Shown: piece after piece, positions 20,043 to 28,452 of the stretch
Layout: each line of letters begins with the position of its first letter
Numbering within the stretch: position 1 is the stretch's first letter
Source of the DNA: Armatimonadota bacterium
GTDB lineage: Bacteria > Armatimonadota > SYMT01
Assembly (NCBI GenBank): GCA_041690135.1
Contig: JAWLHY010000007.1
Span: forward strand, 320,001-384,000
DNA length: 64,000 nt
Direction of reading: 5' to 3'
Translations under genes and position numbers: made by a program
Notes under the pieces: generated by a model
Databases searched by the model: none
Told to the model about the DNA's origin: nothing
What the model saw: the letters and a program-made list of their open reading frames with translations, nothing else

Positions 20043-21623
20043 TTACGGAGGGTTCGGGGTGGGACGTTGGGCGGCCAACTCATCCCGAATCTGTTCGAGT
20101 TGCAGATACTCCTGGTTGCGGAGCTCCACTTCTTTCCGCCAGGCCGATTGGCGCAACGAAGATCGGACGTACAATCCCGTCACGATCAGCAATGCAACCG
20201 ATAGGCCGGCGATCAGGGTCAGTGCCAGGCGGCTTTGTTGTTCCTGCCGGACCGGTTGATTGGCGGCGGCTTCCGCGTTGGAGAGCGCTTCCCGGACCAG
20301 CTCTCGCCGGTGGGGTGCCGATGCCGGCTCGACTTCGTAGAGGGTGCCCAGTCGTTTCCAGAAGAAGTAGAGCTCGTCCAGGACCGCCTGCACTTCCATC
20401 CTTGCAGGCCATGCCGCGAGCCGGTGGGCCGAGGATCGGCTCCGGAGCGTGGCCAGATGTTGCGGGGAGCAGTCTCCGCCCAGGGCGGCATCGAAGAAGC
20501 GCCGGAATTCGAAGCGCCGCCAGGCGGTGTCGGTTGCGGGCAGGAACTGCACCATCTCGACGTGCCGGAGCTGGTTCTCCTCGCGCAGCAGGAACGTGAT
20601 CCAGTCCTGCTCCGGTTGAAGGGTTGCCGCCTGGGTGCCCGGGGGACCGATCACCGTCAGGACAGAGCCGCCCGTTACCGCCCGCACCGGATCGTCGCCA
20701 AGCGCGGGGGGCAGTACCGCGCCGATCTTCCGCTCCCAATCGGGTCCCAGTTGCCGACGCGCCCGCCAGGCGACCCAGGGCTCCATCACGGTCATGGCGC
20801 ACCGGCCGTTGAGAAAGTCTCGCGTTAGATCCAGGTTGCTCCGCTCATCGGGATCCAGGAACCCCTCTTCGGAGAGCGTCATCAGGAAATCGGCGGCCCG
20901 CTTTGCGGATCCCCGCGACAGGCGCGCTTCCTGCAATCCGGGAGCGTCTTCCAACAGATTGCCGCCGGCCGCTCCTACCCAGAAGTCCAGGTTCCAGAGG
21001 ATGTCCCAATCACGTCGCGTCGAAATGGCCAGGGGAGTGAGGCCCTGGTTCTTGATGCGACGAAAAGCCCGCAGTAGCCCGGTGCGGGTTTGGAGGTCCG
21101 CCGGGTCCACGTGCTTCTTCCAGTACCACAGGAGGCGCACGTCGTTGAAATACCGGTGGTGGGTTCTTACGATGCCCTTGTTCTGGAAGTGACGAAGCCA
21201 GGTGTCTCCCAGGACTGCCACGAACGGTTCGCGGGCGACGCGGCTCTCCGCCTCCAGGCGAGACAACCACTCCGGGGGATCGATGAAAGTGACGGTCACC
21301 CGATTTGCGGGGTACCGGGTTTCAAACGCCTGGATGTCGCGGAAGAGCTGCTTCTGTCCCAGCACCATCCGGGCGAGCCCGTGGTTACTCAGCAACTCGC
21401 TCTCGGTGTTCTCCACATTCGGATGATCGCGTTTGAACCGGCGCACCTCCGCAGGACCGGGGATTTGGGAGACTGGTTGCTCCAGGTGCGGCAGGCAGAG
21501 AAAGCGGATGCGGCGCTTCGCGGCGGGTTGAGCCGCGGCCCCGGCCGCCCACCCTGCGAGCAAGACCAACGCCAGCCAGGCGGCGGCCCTCCCTGCCGGC
21601 GTCAGTAAGGAACGGGGAGCCAT
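20043..21623 (-). CDS. Extracellular sugar-binding protein (SBP family 1-like) with C-terminal TM helix
   Basis: Signal peptide; LGDTWL, DVRLLWYWK, FLNGRCAMTVMEPW, AVTGGSVL, FLPAT SBP motifs; TM LALTLIAGLSVALLIVTGLYV. Confidence 0.75.
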   Translation of the reverse strand: MAPRSLLTPAGRAAAWLALVLLAGWAAGAAAQPAAKRRIRFLCLPHLEQPVSQIPGPAEVRRFKRDHPNVENTESELLSNHGLARMVLGQKQLFRDIQAFETRYPANRVTVTFIDPPEWLSRLEAESRVAREPFVAVLGDTWLRHFQNKGIVRTHHRYFNDVRLLWYWKKHVDPADLQTRTGLLRAFRRIKNQGLTPLAISTRRDWDILWNLDFWVGAAGGNLLEDAPGLQEARLSRGSAKRAADFLMTLSEEGFLDPDERSNLDLTRDFLNGRCAMTVMEPWVAWRARRQLGPDWERKIGAVLPPALGDDPVRAVTGGSVLTVIGPPGTQAATLQPEQDWITFLLREENQLRHVEMVQFLPATDTAWRRFEFRRFFDAALGGDCSPQHLATLRSRSSAHRLAAWPARMEVQAVLDELYFFWKRLGTLYEVEPASAPHRRELVREALSNAEAAANQPVRQEQQSRLALTLIAGLSVALLIVTGLYVRSSLRQSAWRKEVELRNQEYLQLEQIRDELAAQRPTPNPP

Positions 21624-21624
21624 C

Positions 21625-22422
21625 TTATCTGCCTTGCCCACGGATAGGCGTAAGCTTCACCTGCACTCGCGTGAGTTGACCGGCCCGAGCCTCTACACCT
21701 TCGATGCTTCCCTGGAACTGCCTCCCGTCCGCGAGCTTGCAGGCTACCCGGCAGTTTGCCGGCATCCCTGCAGCCACCGGTAAGGGCGCCGCCCCCTCCA
21801 TCCCGGTGGCGGAGGCAAGAGTACCGCCGGAGAGGACCACGCGAGCCGCGGGCGCCGGGCTGCCGTCGGGAAGGAGAGCTTCAAAGATCACTACCCCGGT
21901 CCGGAGGTCCCCCAGAGCACGGAGTGCTCCCTCCGCGGGGCTCCAGAAGAAGCCACCCTGCGGATCCCAGCAGCGTGCGTGCGAGAGATAAGCCGCTTGG
22001 GCGTAGGCCATTGTGGCCTGCTTCCGACTCACGGGTGTCGGCGGCTTGTCCCGCATCAGCGCTTCGGCGGTGATGAAGAAACAGGTGGCAGTGTCGTTCA
22101 GGAGTCCCCGCTCGTGGATCGCCTTTTCTTCTGCTGCGGATACGGTCCCCACTGGCGGCGATTGAGCCTGTTCCTGGTTTATCTGCGCGCTCAACCGGGC
22201 CTGCATGGCGCGTGCCTGCGTGTGGAAAGCGCCTGTCACTTTCCGCGCGCAGGCAACGGCTTCCGCGGTATTTCCCAGGGTCAGGTGCGCCCAGGCCTGG
22301 CTGGTCCATTTCACGTTGTCCGGCTGGCTCTCGGCGGCGGGATCCGCCGGGGAACCCGCCACGCCGGCGAAGGCCAGGCAAAGGAAGACAGATGTCCAGC
22401 ATCGACGGATCCGGTGAGACAT
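21625..22422 (-). CDS. Secreted TPR-like protein (CWDPxGxFWxP family)
   Basis: Signal peptide; LLNDTATCFFI...ARCWDPQGGFFWSPAEGA, a motif recalled from proteins adjacent to glucan-active genes. Confidence 0.6.
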   Translation of the reverse strand: MSHRIRRCWTSVFLCLAFAGVAGSPADPAAESQPDNVKWTSQAWAHLTLGNTAEAVACARKVTGAFHTQARAMQARLSAQINQEQAQSPPVGTVSAAEEKAIHERGLLNDTATCFFITAEALMRDKPPTPVSRKQATMAYAQAAYLSHARCWDPQGGFFWSPAEGALRALGDLRTGVVIFEALLPDGSPAPAARVVLSGGTLASATGMEGAAPLPVAAGMPANCRVACKLADGRQFQGSIEGVEARAGQLTRVQVKLTPIRGQGR

Positions 22423-22609
22423 TTTGAACTCCTTGAAATCCCGTCAGGAAGGAACTTGTGGGCACAACTCGACAATTCCTCCGTCAGGTGCTGCGCCCCG
22501 GATGCCTTGCTGCCCCGCGCGCTTCTAACCCTTCCCCCCGGAAAATTCCCGGAACATTCCGGGGGAGTCCGGGTGGGGACGGAGGATCGACTGGTGGTAG
22601 GAGGGTGCC

Positions 22610-24571
22610 ATGCGACGTACCGGAGAGATGTTGAAATGGCTGGGGCTGGTGGGCCTTTGCCTGGCCGGGGCCGTGGTCGACGGCAGAGTTCAGGAACCTG
22701 CACCTCCGGCAGTCTCCGGACCGGCCACGCGTGCCTTTGAGTACCTCTCGGAGCAGATGGATGCGACGCATTCCAGCTTCTGGATCTACCGCGATGTCGA
22801 CTCCGGGGCGAACCACTACTACCCCAGCCGGTGGCTGAATGGGGCCACCAATATGAAAGTGGACCCCGCCTGGCGGCAGAAACCCTTCTCGGGCGACACG
22901 TGTATCCGCATCGAGTGGGACGGGAAACCGGGGAAAGACACTTTCCGCTGGAATGGTCTCCAGTTTACGGACTCGCCCACCCCGGAAGGCGATCTCGGCA
23001 CCGGCTACGACCTGAGCCGGGCCGTCGTGCTGCGGGGGCGGGTGCGGACCGAGACCCCCGGCATGCGGATCCAGACCCTCGTGTCGTACCCCGAGGCTCC
23101 CGGTGGGGTGACCGGGGATTGGACCGCTCCCCTCCATCGTGAATGGGGCGCTTTCGAAGTAAGTCTGGAAGGCCGGCAGGAGAGGCTCAATCCACTGCAA
23201 GTGCCCCTAACCGTCGTATTCAACGACTTCTTCGTGCCGGATCCCAAACGGGGCTGCGTTGTCTACCTGGATGAACTGGAGGTAGTCCTTTCCGAGCCGG
23301 CGCGCCGAAAACGATTGGACGAGCCGCGCCTGCTCGCCAGCTTTTCGCGCCACCCCGACGTGGATGTCCCCGCAAACAGATGCGTCTCCTACACATATGA
23401 CGTGGCAATTGTCGCGCTCGCTTACCTTGCCCGAGGTACGCCCGACGACGTTCGGCGGGCCCGCATTCTTGGCGATGGTTTGCTCCGGTGCCAGGAGCAA
23501 GACCGGGCGTTTTCCGACGGCCGCCTGCGGAACGGCATGCTGGCTGGGGACCTGGAACTACATCCGGGCGATAAGGTGCGCCTCCCGGGGTGGTGGGATC
23601 CGGAAGCGGGAGCTTGGAGAGAGGATCGCTTTCAAGTCAGCAGCCACCTGGGAAACACATGCTGGGCCGGCCTGGCTTTTCTCACGCTCCATGACCGGAC
23701 AGGAGACGCCCAATACCTTTCCGCCGCGGTGAAGCTGGGCGAATGGATCCTGAAGAACTGCCAGGATAAAATGCGCCCCGATGGGTTTATCGGGGGCTGG
23801 GAAGGCTGGGAAGCACGTGAGCTGGCCGCCAGGGGCCGGCTTCCGGTGACGCGAAGGCCAACCCCTCAGGTTCCGGCGGCATATAAGTCCACCGAAATGT
23901 GCCTGGACGCGATCCCCTTCTTCGCGCGCCTGTATCAGCGGACGGGGAACCGCAGCTATCTGGAAGCCTGCCACAGCGCTCGGAGACTGGTGCTGAAAAT
24001 GTACCAGGGCGGTCGCTTCGTCACCGGCACGCGCGTCCCAACCCCAACGCAGGTGGGGGATCTGCCCAACCCTGGACCTACCCCGCTGGACGTCAACACC
24101 TGGGCCGTGCTCGTGCTCGGAGCCACCCCCGAAACGCGCGCGGCCATGCGCTGGGCGCAGGAAGCCTGCCGGGTCAACGAGCGGGAGAGGAGGAGGTTCG
24201 ACGGGTTTGACTTCAACGCAGACGACCGCGACGCCGTTTGGGTAGAAGGGACCGGCCAGGCTATCCTGGCACTGCGCATGCTCGGACAGGAGAAGGAAGC
24301 GAACCACTTTCTCTCCGAACTGCGCAGGATCCAGGCGAGCTGCCCCGGTGGCGATGGGAAGGGCCTGGTGGCGGCCACACGGGATCGGATGACCACCGGC
24401 TTCAAGCTGACCGCAGTCAGCGCGCGGGGGGAGTTGGAAAGCGTTGATTGGCTGTACTACCGCCAGATGGCAATAGCCGGTACGGCCTGGTTCCTTTACA
24501 GCGAATTAGATTACAATCCGTATTGGGACTGCCCGACCGACCGGCCGGTCCCCGTGCTTCCAGACCTGTGA
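22610..24571 (+). CDS. Secreted CBM-like plus (alpha/alpha)6-barrel putative glycoside hydrolase
   Basis: Signal peptide; NHYYPSRW...GYDLS...VYLDEL (CBM-like); YTYDVA, KSTE, LDVNTWAVL, WVEGTGQ (six-hairpin-glycosidase-like). Confidence 0.65.
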   Translation: MRRTGEMLKWLGLVGLCLAGAVVDGRVQEPAPPAVSGPATRAFEYLSEQMDATHSSFWIYRDVDSGANHYYPSRWLNGATNMKVDPAWRQKPFSGDTCIRIEWDGKPGKDTFRWNGLQFTDSPTPEGDLGTGYDLSRAVVLRGRVRTETPGMRIQTLVSYPEAPGGVTGDWTAPLHREWGAFEVSLEGRQERLNPLQVPLTVVFNDFFVPDPKRGCVVYLDELEVVLSEPARRKRLDEPRLLASFSRHPDVDVPANRCVSYTYDVAIVALAYLARGTPDDVRRARILGDGLLRCQEQDRAFSDGRLRNGMLAGDLELHPGDKVRLPGWWDPEAGAWREDRFQVSSHLGNTCWAGLAFLTLHDRTGDAQYLSAAVKLGEWILKNCQDKMRPDGFIGGWEGWEARELAARGRLPVTRRPTPQVPAAYKSTEMCLDAIPFFARLYQRTGNRSYLEACHSARRLVLKMYQGGRFVTGTRVPTPTQVGDLPNPGPTPLDVNTWAVLVLGATPETRAAMRWAQEACRVNERERRRFDGFDFNADDRDAVWVEGTGQAILALRMLGQEKEANHFLSELRRIQASCPGGDGKGLVAATRDRMTTGFKLTAVSARGELESVDWLYYRQMAIAGTAWFLYSELDYNPYWDCPTDRPVPVLPDL

Positions 24572-24589
24572 ACTTGCGGCCCTGTATAC

Positions 24590-24618
24590 TTGACGGCCCA
24601 CCCCAGGAGTGCTACGCT
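24590..24618 (+). promoter_or_regulatory. Putative sigma70 promoter
   Basis: TTGACG-17 nt-TACGCT with extended -10 TG, upstream of ATG 24666. Confidence 0.45.
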
Positions 24619-24665
24619 AAACCTGACTAACCTGACCAGGTTACTTGTGTTTTCTCGAGGGCCAG

Positions 24666-25388
24666 ATGTACCCGGTTTCCGTGCCGCCGATCGAAACCAC
24701 CGCCGATTGCCTCCGCGCTTTTTTCATGAGCGGCACGGCCCTGCATCCCGGTCCGGTAGCGGAACTGGCGCCCCGTAGCGGCAACTGCCCGACGTTCCCG
24801 CGGAATGGATGCCTGGCATCCGTTCCCTGTGGTTTGGTGGACGTGCGGGACCTCGCCGCTACCCTGGTTCAACTGCCGGCGCCCCCCTGGAGCGAGCCGG
24901 AGCTCCGCTTCCGGGTGCGCCCGGAGGTCGCCTCGCGGCTGGCGCGGGCCGCCGAGATGCTTCCCAGCGACATCCGTATCGGCTTCTGGGAGGGTCTGCG
25001 TCCCCTTTACGTGCAGCAAGCGCTCTGGGAGACCGGCTTCGACTACCTCCGCCGCACCCATCCGGAGCTCACCGTCGACGCGTTGGAAAGCGTGCTCGAG
25101 CAATTCGTGGCCCGGCCGTCCGGAGCGGTGCCGCCGCACAGCACCGGTAGCGCCGTGGACCTCGCCCCCGTGAATGCCTTTGGCCAGGTGCTGTCTCCCA
25201 CGGATGCGTGGGGCCGCCTCGCCAACGAGACGCTCGCCCGGGCTCTGAACGCCGCCGGGCTCGCCAACTACACCCCCGAGTGGTGGCACTGGTCTTACGG
25301 CGACGAAGAGTGGGCGCGGGCATACGACTGCGCCCCCATGGCCTTCGCCACCGCCCCGGAATTCGACGGGCCGGGTGGGGGCATCTAA
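24666..25388 (+). CDS. D-Ala-D-Ala dipeptidase (peptidase M15D, VanX/DdpX-like)
   Basis: EGLRP..Q, PHSTGSAVDL, EWWHWSYGD. Confidence 0.88.
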   Translation: MYPVSVPPIETTADCLRAFFMSGTALHPGPVAELAPRSGNCPTFPRNGCLASVPCGLVDVRDLAATLVQLPAPPWSEPELRFRVRPEVASRLARAAEMLPSDIRIGFWEGLRPLYVQQALWETGFDYLRRTHPELTVDALESVLEQFVARPSGAVPPHSTGSAVDLAPVNAFGQVLSPTDAWGRLANETLARALNAAGLANYTPEWWHWSYGDEEWARAYDCAPMAFATAPEFDGPGGGI

Positions 25389-25392
25389 ACCA

Positions 25393-25569
25393 TCAGATCC
25401 GGATCAAGCGCCGCACCAGGCCCACGATAAAGATCACCACCAGCGCGACAATCGCCAGGTGCAGCACGGTCCATGCCAGCCCGAGCACCACGCTCACGAT
25501 CTTCAGGATCGTCGGTAGCAGTACCAGCGCCAGCACGATCCCGAGTACGATCTTCCAGGTCTCGCTCAT
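25393..25569 (-). CDS. Small membrane protein (58 aa)
   Basis: MSETWKIVLGIVLALVLLPTILKIV...; two hydrophobic helices. Confidence 0.65.
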   Translation of the reverse strand: MSETWKIVLGIVLALVLLPTILKIVSVVLGLAWTVLHLAIVALVVIFIVGLVRRLIRI

Positions 25570-25823
25570 TTCTTCTGTCCTTCCCGCGCACTTCCGCCGA
25601 CCGGTACCCATGGAACGGTTGCGGCGGGTCCGAGGTTGCGCTTTCTGCGGACCATCCCCTCCAGTATACCCCGGTGCCAGGCGTGGATAGGGGTCTGGAC
25701 CGGCGGATGGTCGGCAGAAAGGCGGTTCGCCGGACGCCGTTTGCAGGAATAGAAGGGTGGCAGTGCCCAAAGGAGTAGGGCGGCCGGGCAGAAGCCGGGC
25801 GAGCCCAATCCGCACTGCCGCAT

Positions 25824-26843
25824 GTGATCTCCCCGAGCAGGCCCGAACCGGTGATGGACGACAGACCCCTCCCCCCGCTTCCCCGTCGTAAGAAGCGCCG
25901 CCGCGGCTGGCGCCACCAGATGCCCCGCTTCCTCCTGACCCTGGCGGCGGGTGGCCTCCTGGCGTTCTTCCTGGGGCAACTTCGGCCTGTGTTGACGGCC
26001 ACCGCGCAGTCCCGCCCCGCCAAGCTTCAATCCGCGGAAGTCCGCGGGGAAGAGAACCCTCCGTCTCGCGGGACGCCCGAGCGGATGCAGGCCCTCCAGA
26101 CCGAGCTGCGCCGCCGGGTGGCGGAAGCGCCGGCCCGCGCCGCGGCGGTGTACGTTCAGGACCTGCTCAGTGGTAACACGGCCTCCGCTAATCCCAACCG
26201 GGAGTTCCTGGCCGCCAGCCTCATCAAGCTGCCCGTGATGGCCGCCGTCTACGAGGTTTGGGAGAAGCAGCCCGAGAAGAAGACGCGAAACGCCCTCACC
26301 TGGATGGAGTGGATGATCACCGTCAGCGACAACGCCAGTACGGATCGCCTGATCACCATCGCGGGCGGAGCGGACGATGTGGTCGACTTCTGCGCCGAGC
26401 GGGGCTGGCCGAATTTCCGGGTAACCCACGGCATCTACGCACATCGCCAGCGGAAGGGACCCAACATCTGCACCGCCCGGGAGGTCACCGAATTCCTCGC
26501 CGCGCTGGACCAGCGGAAACTGGTGAGTCCGGCCGCCGATGAGGAGATGTGGCAGGTGATGTGCCGGTCGAAGAAGCTGTTGCGCATCCCGGCCGGCGTA
26601 CCGAAGCTGCCGGGGGTCCTGGTCGGGAACAAGTCGGGCACGCTTTCGAACGTGCTGCACGACTCGGCCATCGTGCACACGCCCAACGCCCGGTACGCGC
26701 TCACCGTTCTCATGTCGGGCCACCGGGGCGAATACCGCGGCAACCGCTTCTGCAAGGAGATCTCCCGGCTCGTGTTCGACACCCTCCACGGCCCAGCCGA
26801 GACCCCGGAACTCATCACCACCTCCGGAAAACGCAGTCGCTAA
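25824..26843 (+). CDS. Class A beta-lactamase-like serine hydrolase with N-terminal anchor
   Basis: AASLIK (SxxK), SDN and KSG motifs. Confidence 0.88.
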   Translation: MISPSRPEPVMDDRPLPPLPRRKKRRRGWRHQMPRFLLTLAAGGLLAFFLGQLRPVLTATAQSRPAKLQSAEVRGEENPPSRGTPERMQALQTELRRRVAEAPARAAAVYVQDLLSGNTASANPNREFLAASLIKLPVMAAVYEVWEKQPEKKTRNALTWMEWMITVSDNASTDRLITIAGGADDVVDFCAERGWPNFRVTHGIYAHRQRKGPNICTAREVTEFLAALDQRKLVSPAADEEMWQVMCRSKKLLRIPAGVPKLPGVLVGNKSGTLSNVLHDSAIVHTPNARYALTVLMSGHRGEYRGNRFCKEISRLVFDTLHGPAETPELITTSGKRSR

Positions 26844-26855
26844 CCAGCAACCCAC

Positions 26856-27974
26856 TCACCCCAATTCCAGGGCTAACTGGTCCGGCTCGAACGCGGGCCG
26901 CGCGGTGCCGGTGCGGAACCCGACCAATCCGTGCCGCTCCTTGAGGCGCTGGATCTCCGCCAGGATCCCGCGCGAGTAGTTCGTAAGCGCCTCGGTATGG
27001 TTTGCGGCATAGAGCCTGCGGTAGAAGGGGACCAGGTCCGGAAAACGCTCTTCGATGAAGGGGAAGAAGCGCTTGCGCGAGCAGTTCCGCAAGAACAACA
27101 CCTGGGCGGCCAGGTAACTCGCACCCGCCTCCCGGGCCGCTCCGATCAATGTGTCCAGGTCCTCCAGCCGGTCGTTGATACGCGGCAGCACCGGCATCAC
27201 GAACACGCCCACCGTAATTCCCCGGTCCGCCAGTTGACGAACTGCGGCGAGGCGCTTGTCCGGACGGGGCGCCCGGGGCTCGATCCGCCGGGATAACGTG
27301 TGGTGGGGCGTGGTGACCGTCACGTTGACATGCACCTCGTTGTGCTCGCTGATCCGCTCCAGCAGGTCGGCGTCCCGCGCCACGAGATCGCTCTTGGTGG
27401 TCACCGAAAGCTGGAGGCTGCGGCGGCCGGCCAGCACCTCCAGCACCGCGCGCGTGATCCCGTAGCGGCGCTCCGCAGGCTGGTACGGGTCGGTCGCGGT
27501 GCCGATGGCCAGCCATTTCCCCGCCAGGTCGCGACGGCGCAGGTCGTTCAGCAACACCTCGCGGGCTCCCGTCTTGACGAACACCTTCCGCTCGAAGTCG
27601 AGCCAGTGCTCCAGCTCCATGTATTCATGGGTGTACCGCGCGTAGCAGTACACGCAGCCGAACTCGCAGCCACGGTAGGGATTGAGGGTGTAGTCGAAGG
27701 GCACCCGCTGGCTGTCGCACGCCGCGATCACTGTGCGGCAGGGTAGGTCGCGGTACTCCACCTCATTCCGCTCGTCGATCTCCACGGCACCCGCGGCCAA
27801 CCGCGCGATCCCCTTCAGGTGGCTCCCCTCCGTCTCCGGGCAGAGCGCCGTGAGCGGGACGAACGCCTCGCTCCCAACTCCGGCCGTTCCTCCGGCTCGC
27901 GGAACCGCCTCCACCCGTTGTGAATCAAAGGAAGCAGGCGGAGGCGGGTCCTGAAACAGGCTGCGCTGGCGCAT
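26856..27974 (-). CDS. Radical SAM protein, SplB/Rv2578c-like DNA-repair family
   Basis: LNPYRGCEFGCVYCYAR, IGTATDPYQPAE, TTKSDLV; SD GGAGGA. Confidence 0.9.
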   Translation of the reverse strand: MRQRSLFQDPPPPASFDSQRVEAVPRAGGTAGVGSEAFVPLTALCPETEGSHLKGIARLAAGAVEIDERNEVEYRDLPCRTVIAACDSQRVPFDYTLNPYRGCEFGCVYCYARYTHEYMELEHWLDFERKVFVKTGAREVLLNDLRRRDLAGKWLAIGTATDPYQPAERRYGITRAVLEVLAGRRSLQLSVTTKSDLVARDADLLERISEHNEVHVNVTVTTPHHTLSRRIEPRAPRPDKRLAAVRQLADRGITVGVFVMPVLPRINDRLEDLDTLIGAAREAGASYLAAQVLFLRNCSRKRFFPFIEERFPDLVPFYRRLYAANHTEALTNYSRGILAEIQRLKERHGLVGFRTGTARPAFEPDQLALELG

Positions 27975-28010
27975 CAATTGGTCCTCCTGGGTTCTATTTC
28001 CACTTGAGGG

Positions 28011-28039
28011 GTTATACCAAACGGATTTTTGCGTGTCAA
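28011..28039 (-). promoter_or_regulatory. Near-consensus sigma70 promoter of the radical SAM gene
   Basis: TTGACA-17 nt-TATAAC with extended -10 TG. Confidence 0.65.
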
Positions 28040-28452
28040 CCAGCCAGCCAGGCGGCTTCATCCCGCCCAATCCAGTGGGGCACCGCGAACGCTAAACAGT
28101 ACCGGAGAAGACTCGACCCGTTTGAGATCTTCGCGACCTACCTTCTTCCGTTTCTTTCCGCGTTCTTCCGTGTGTTCCGCGGGCAAAATGGTTCCTCAAT
28201 TCCGCGGTTTTGTTTAGGGCCAGGATCGTTCGCATTGCTCCCTTCTGCCTGTCTTCCATTCAGGTCGCGACCTCACCCATTCCCATGAAAGAAGGGAGCA
28301 ACCGGAATTCCGGCCGCCCCCTTTCTCCCATTTTTCGCTTTTCCCGTTCAAAAGGGGGAACGGCAGCGCAATGGCCATGGTCGCTCCCATTCCCCCATTC
28401 TTCCCTTCCCCCATTCGCCCCGGTTTCCAGGGTCCGGGTGGATGGGCAAAGG

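Noticed and set aside
24666-26843. Resistance cluster (VanX-like, beta-lactamase-like, plus APH at 11777)
   Set aside because: These are divergent family members without van operon context or mobile-element linkage; cell-wall or housekeeping roles are more likely
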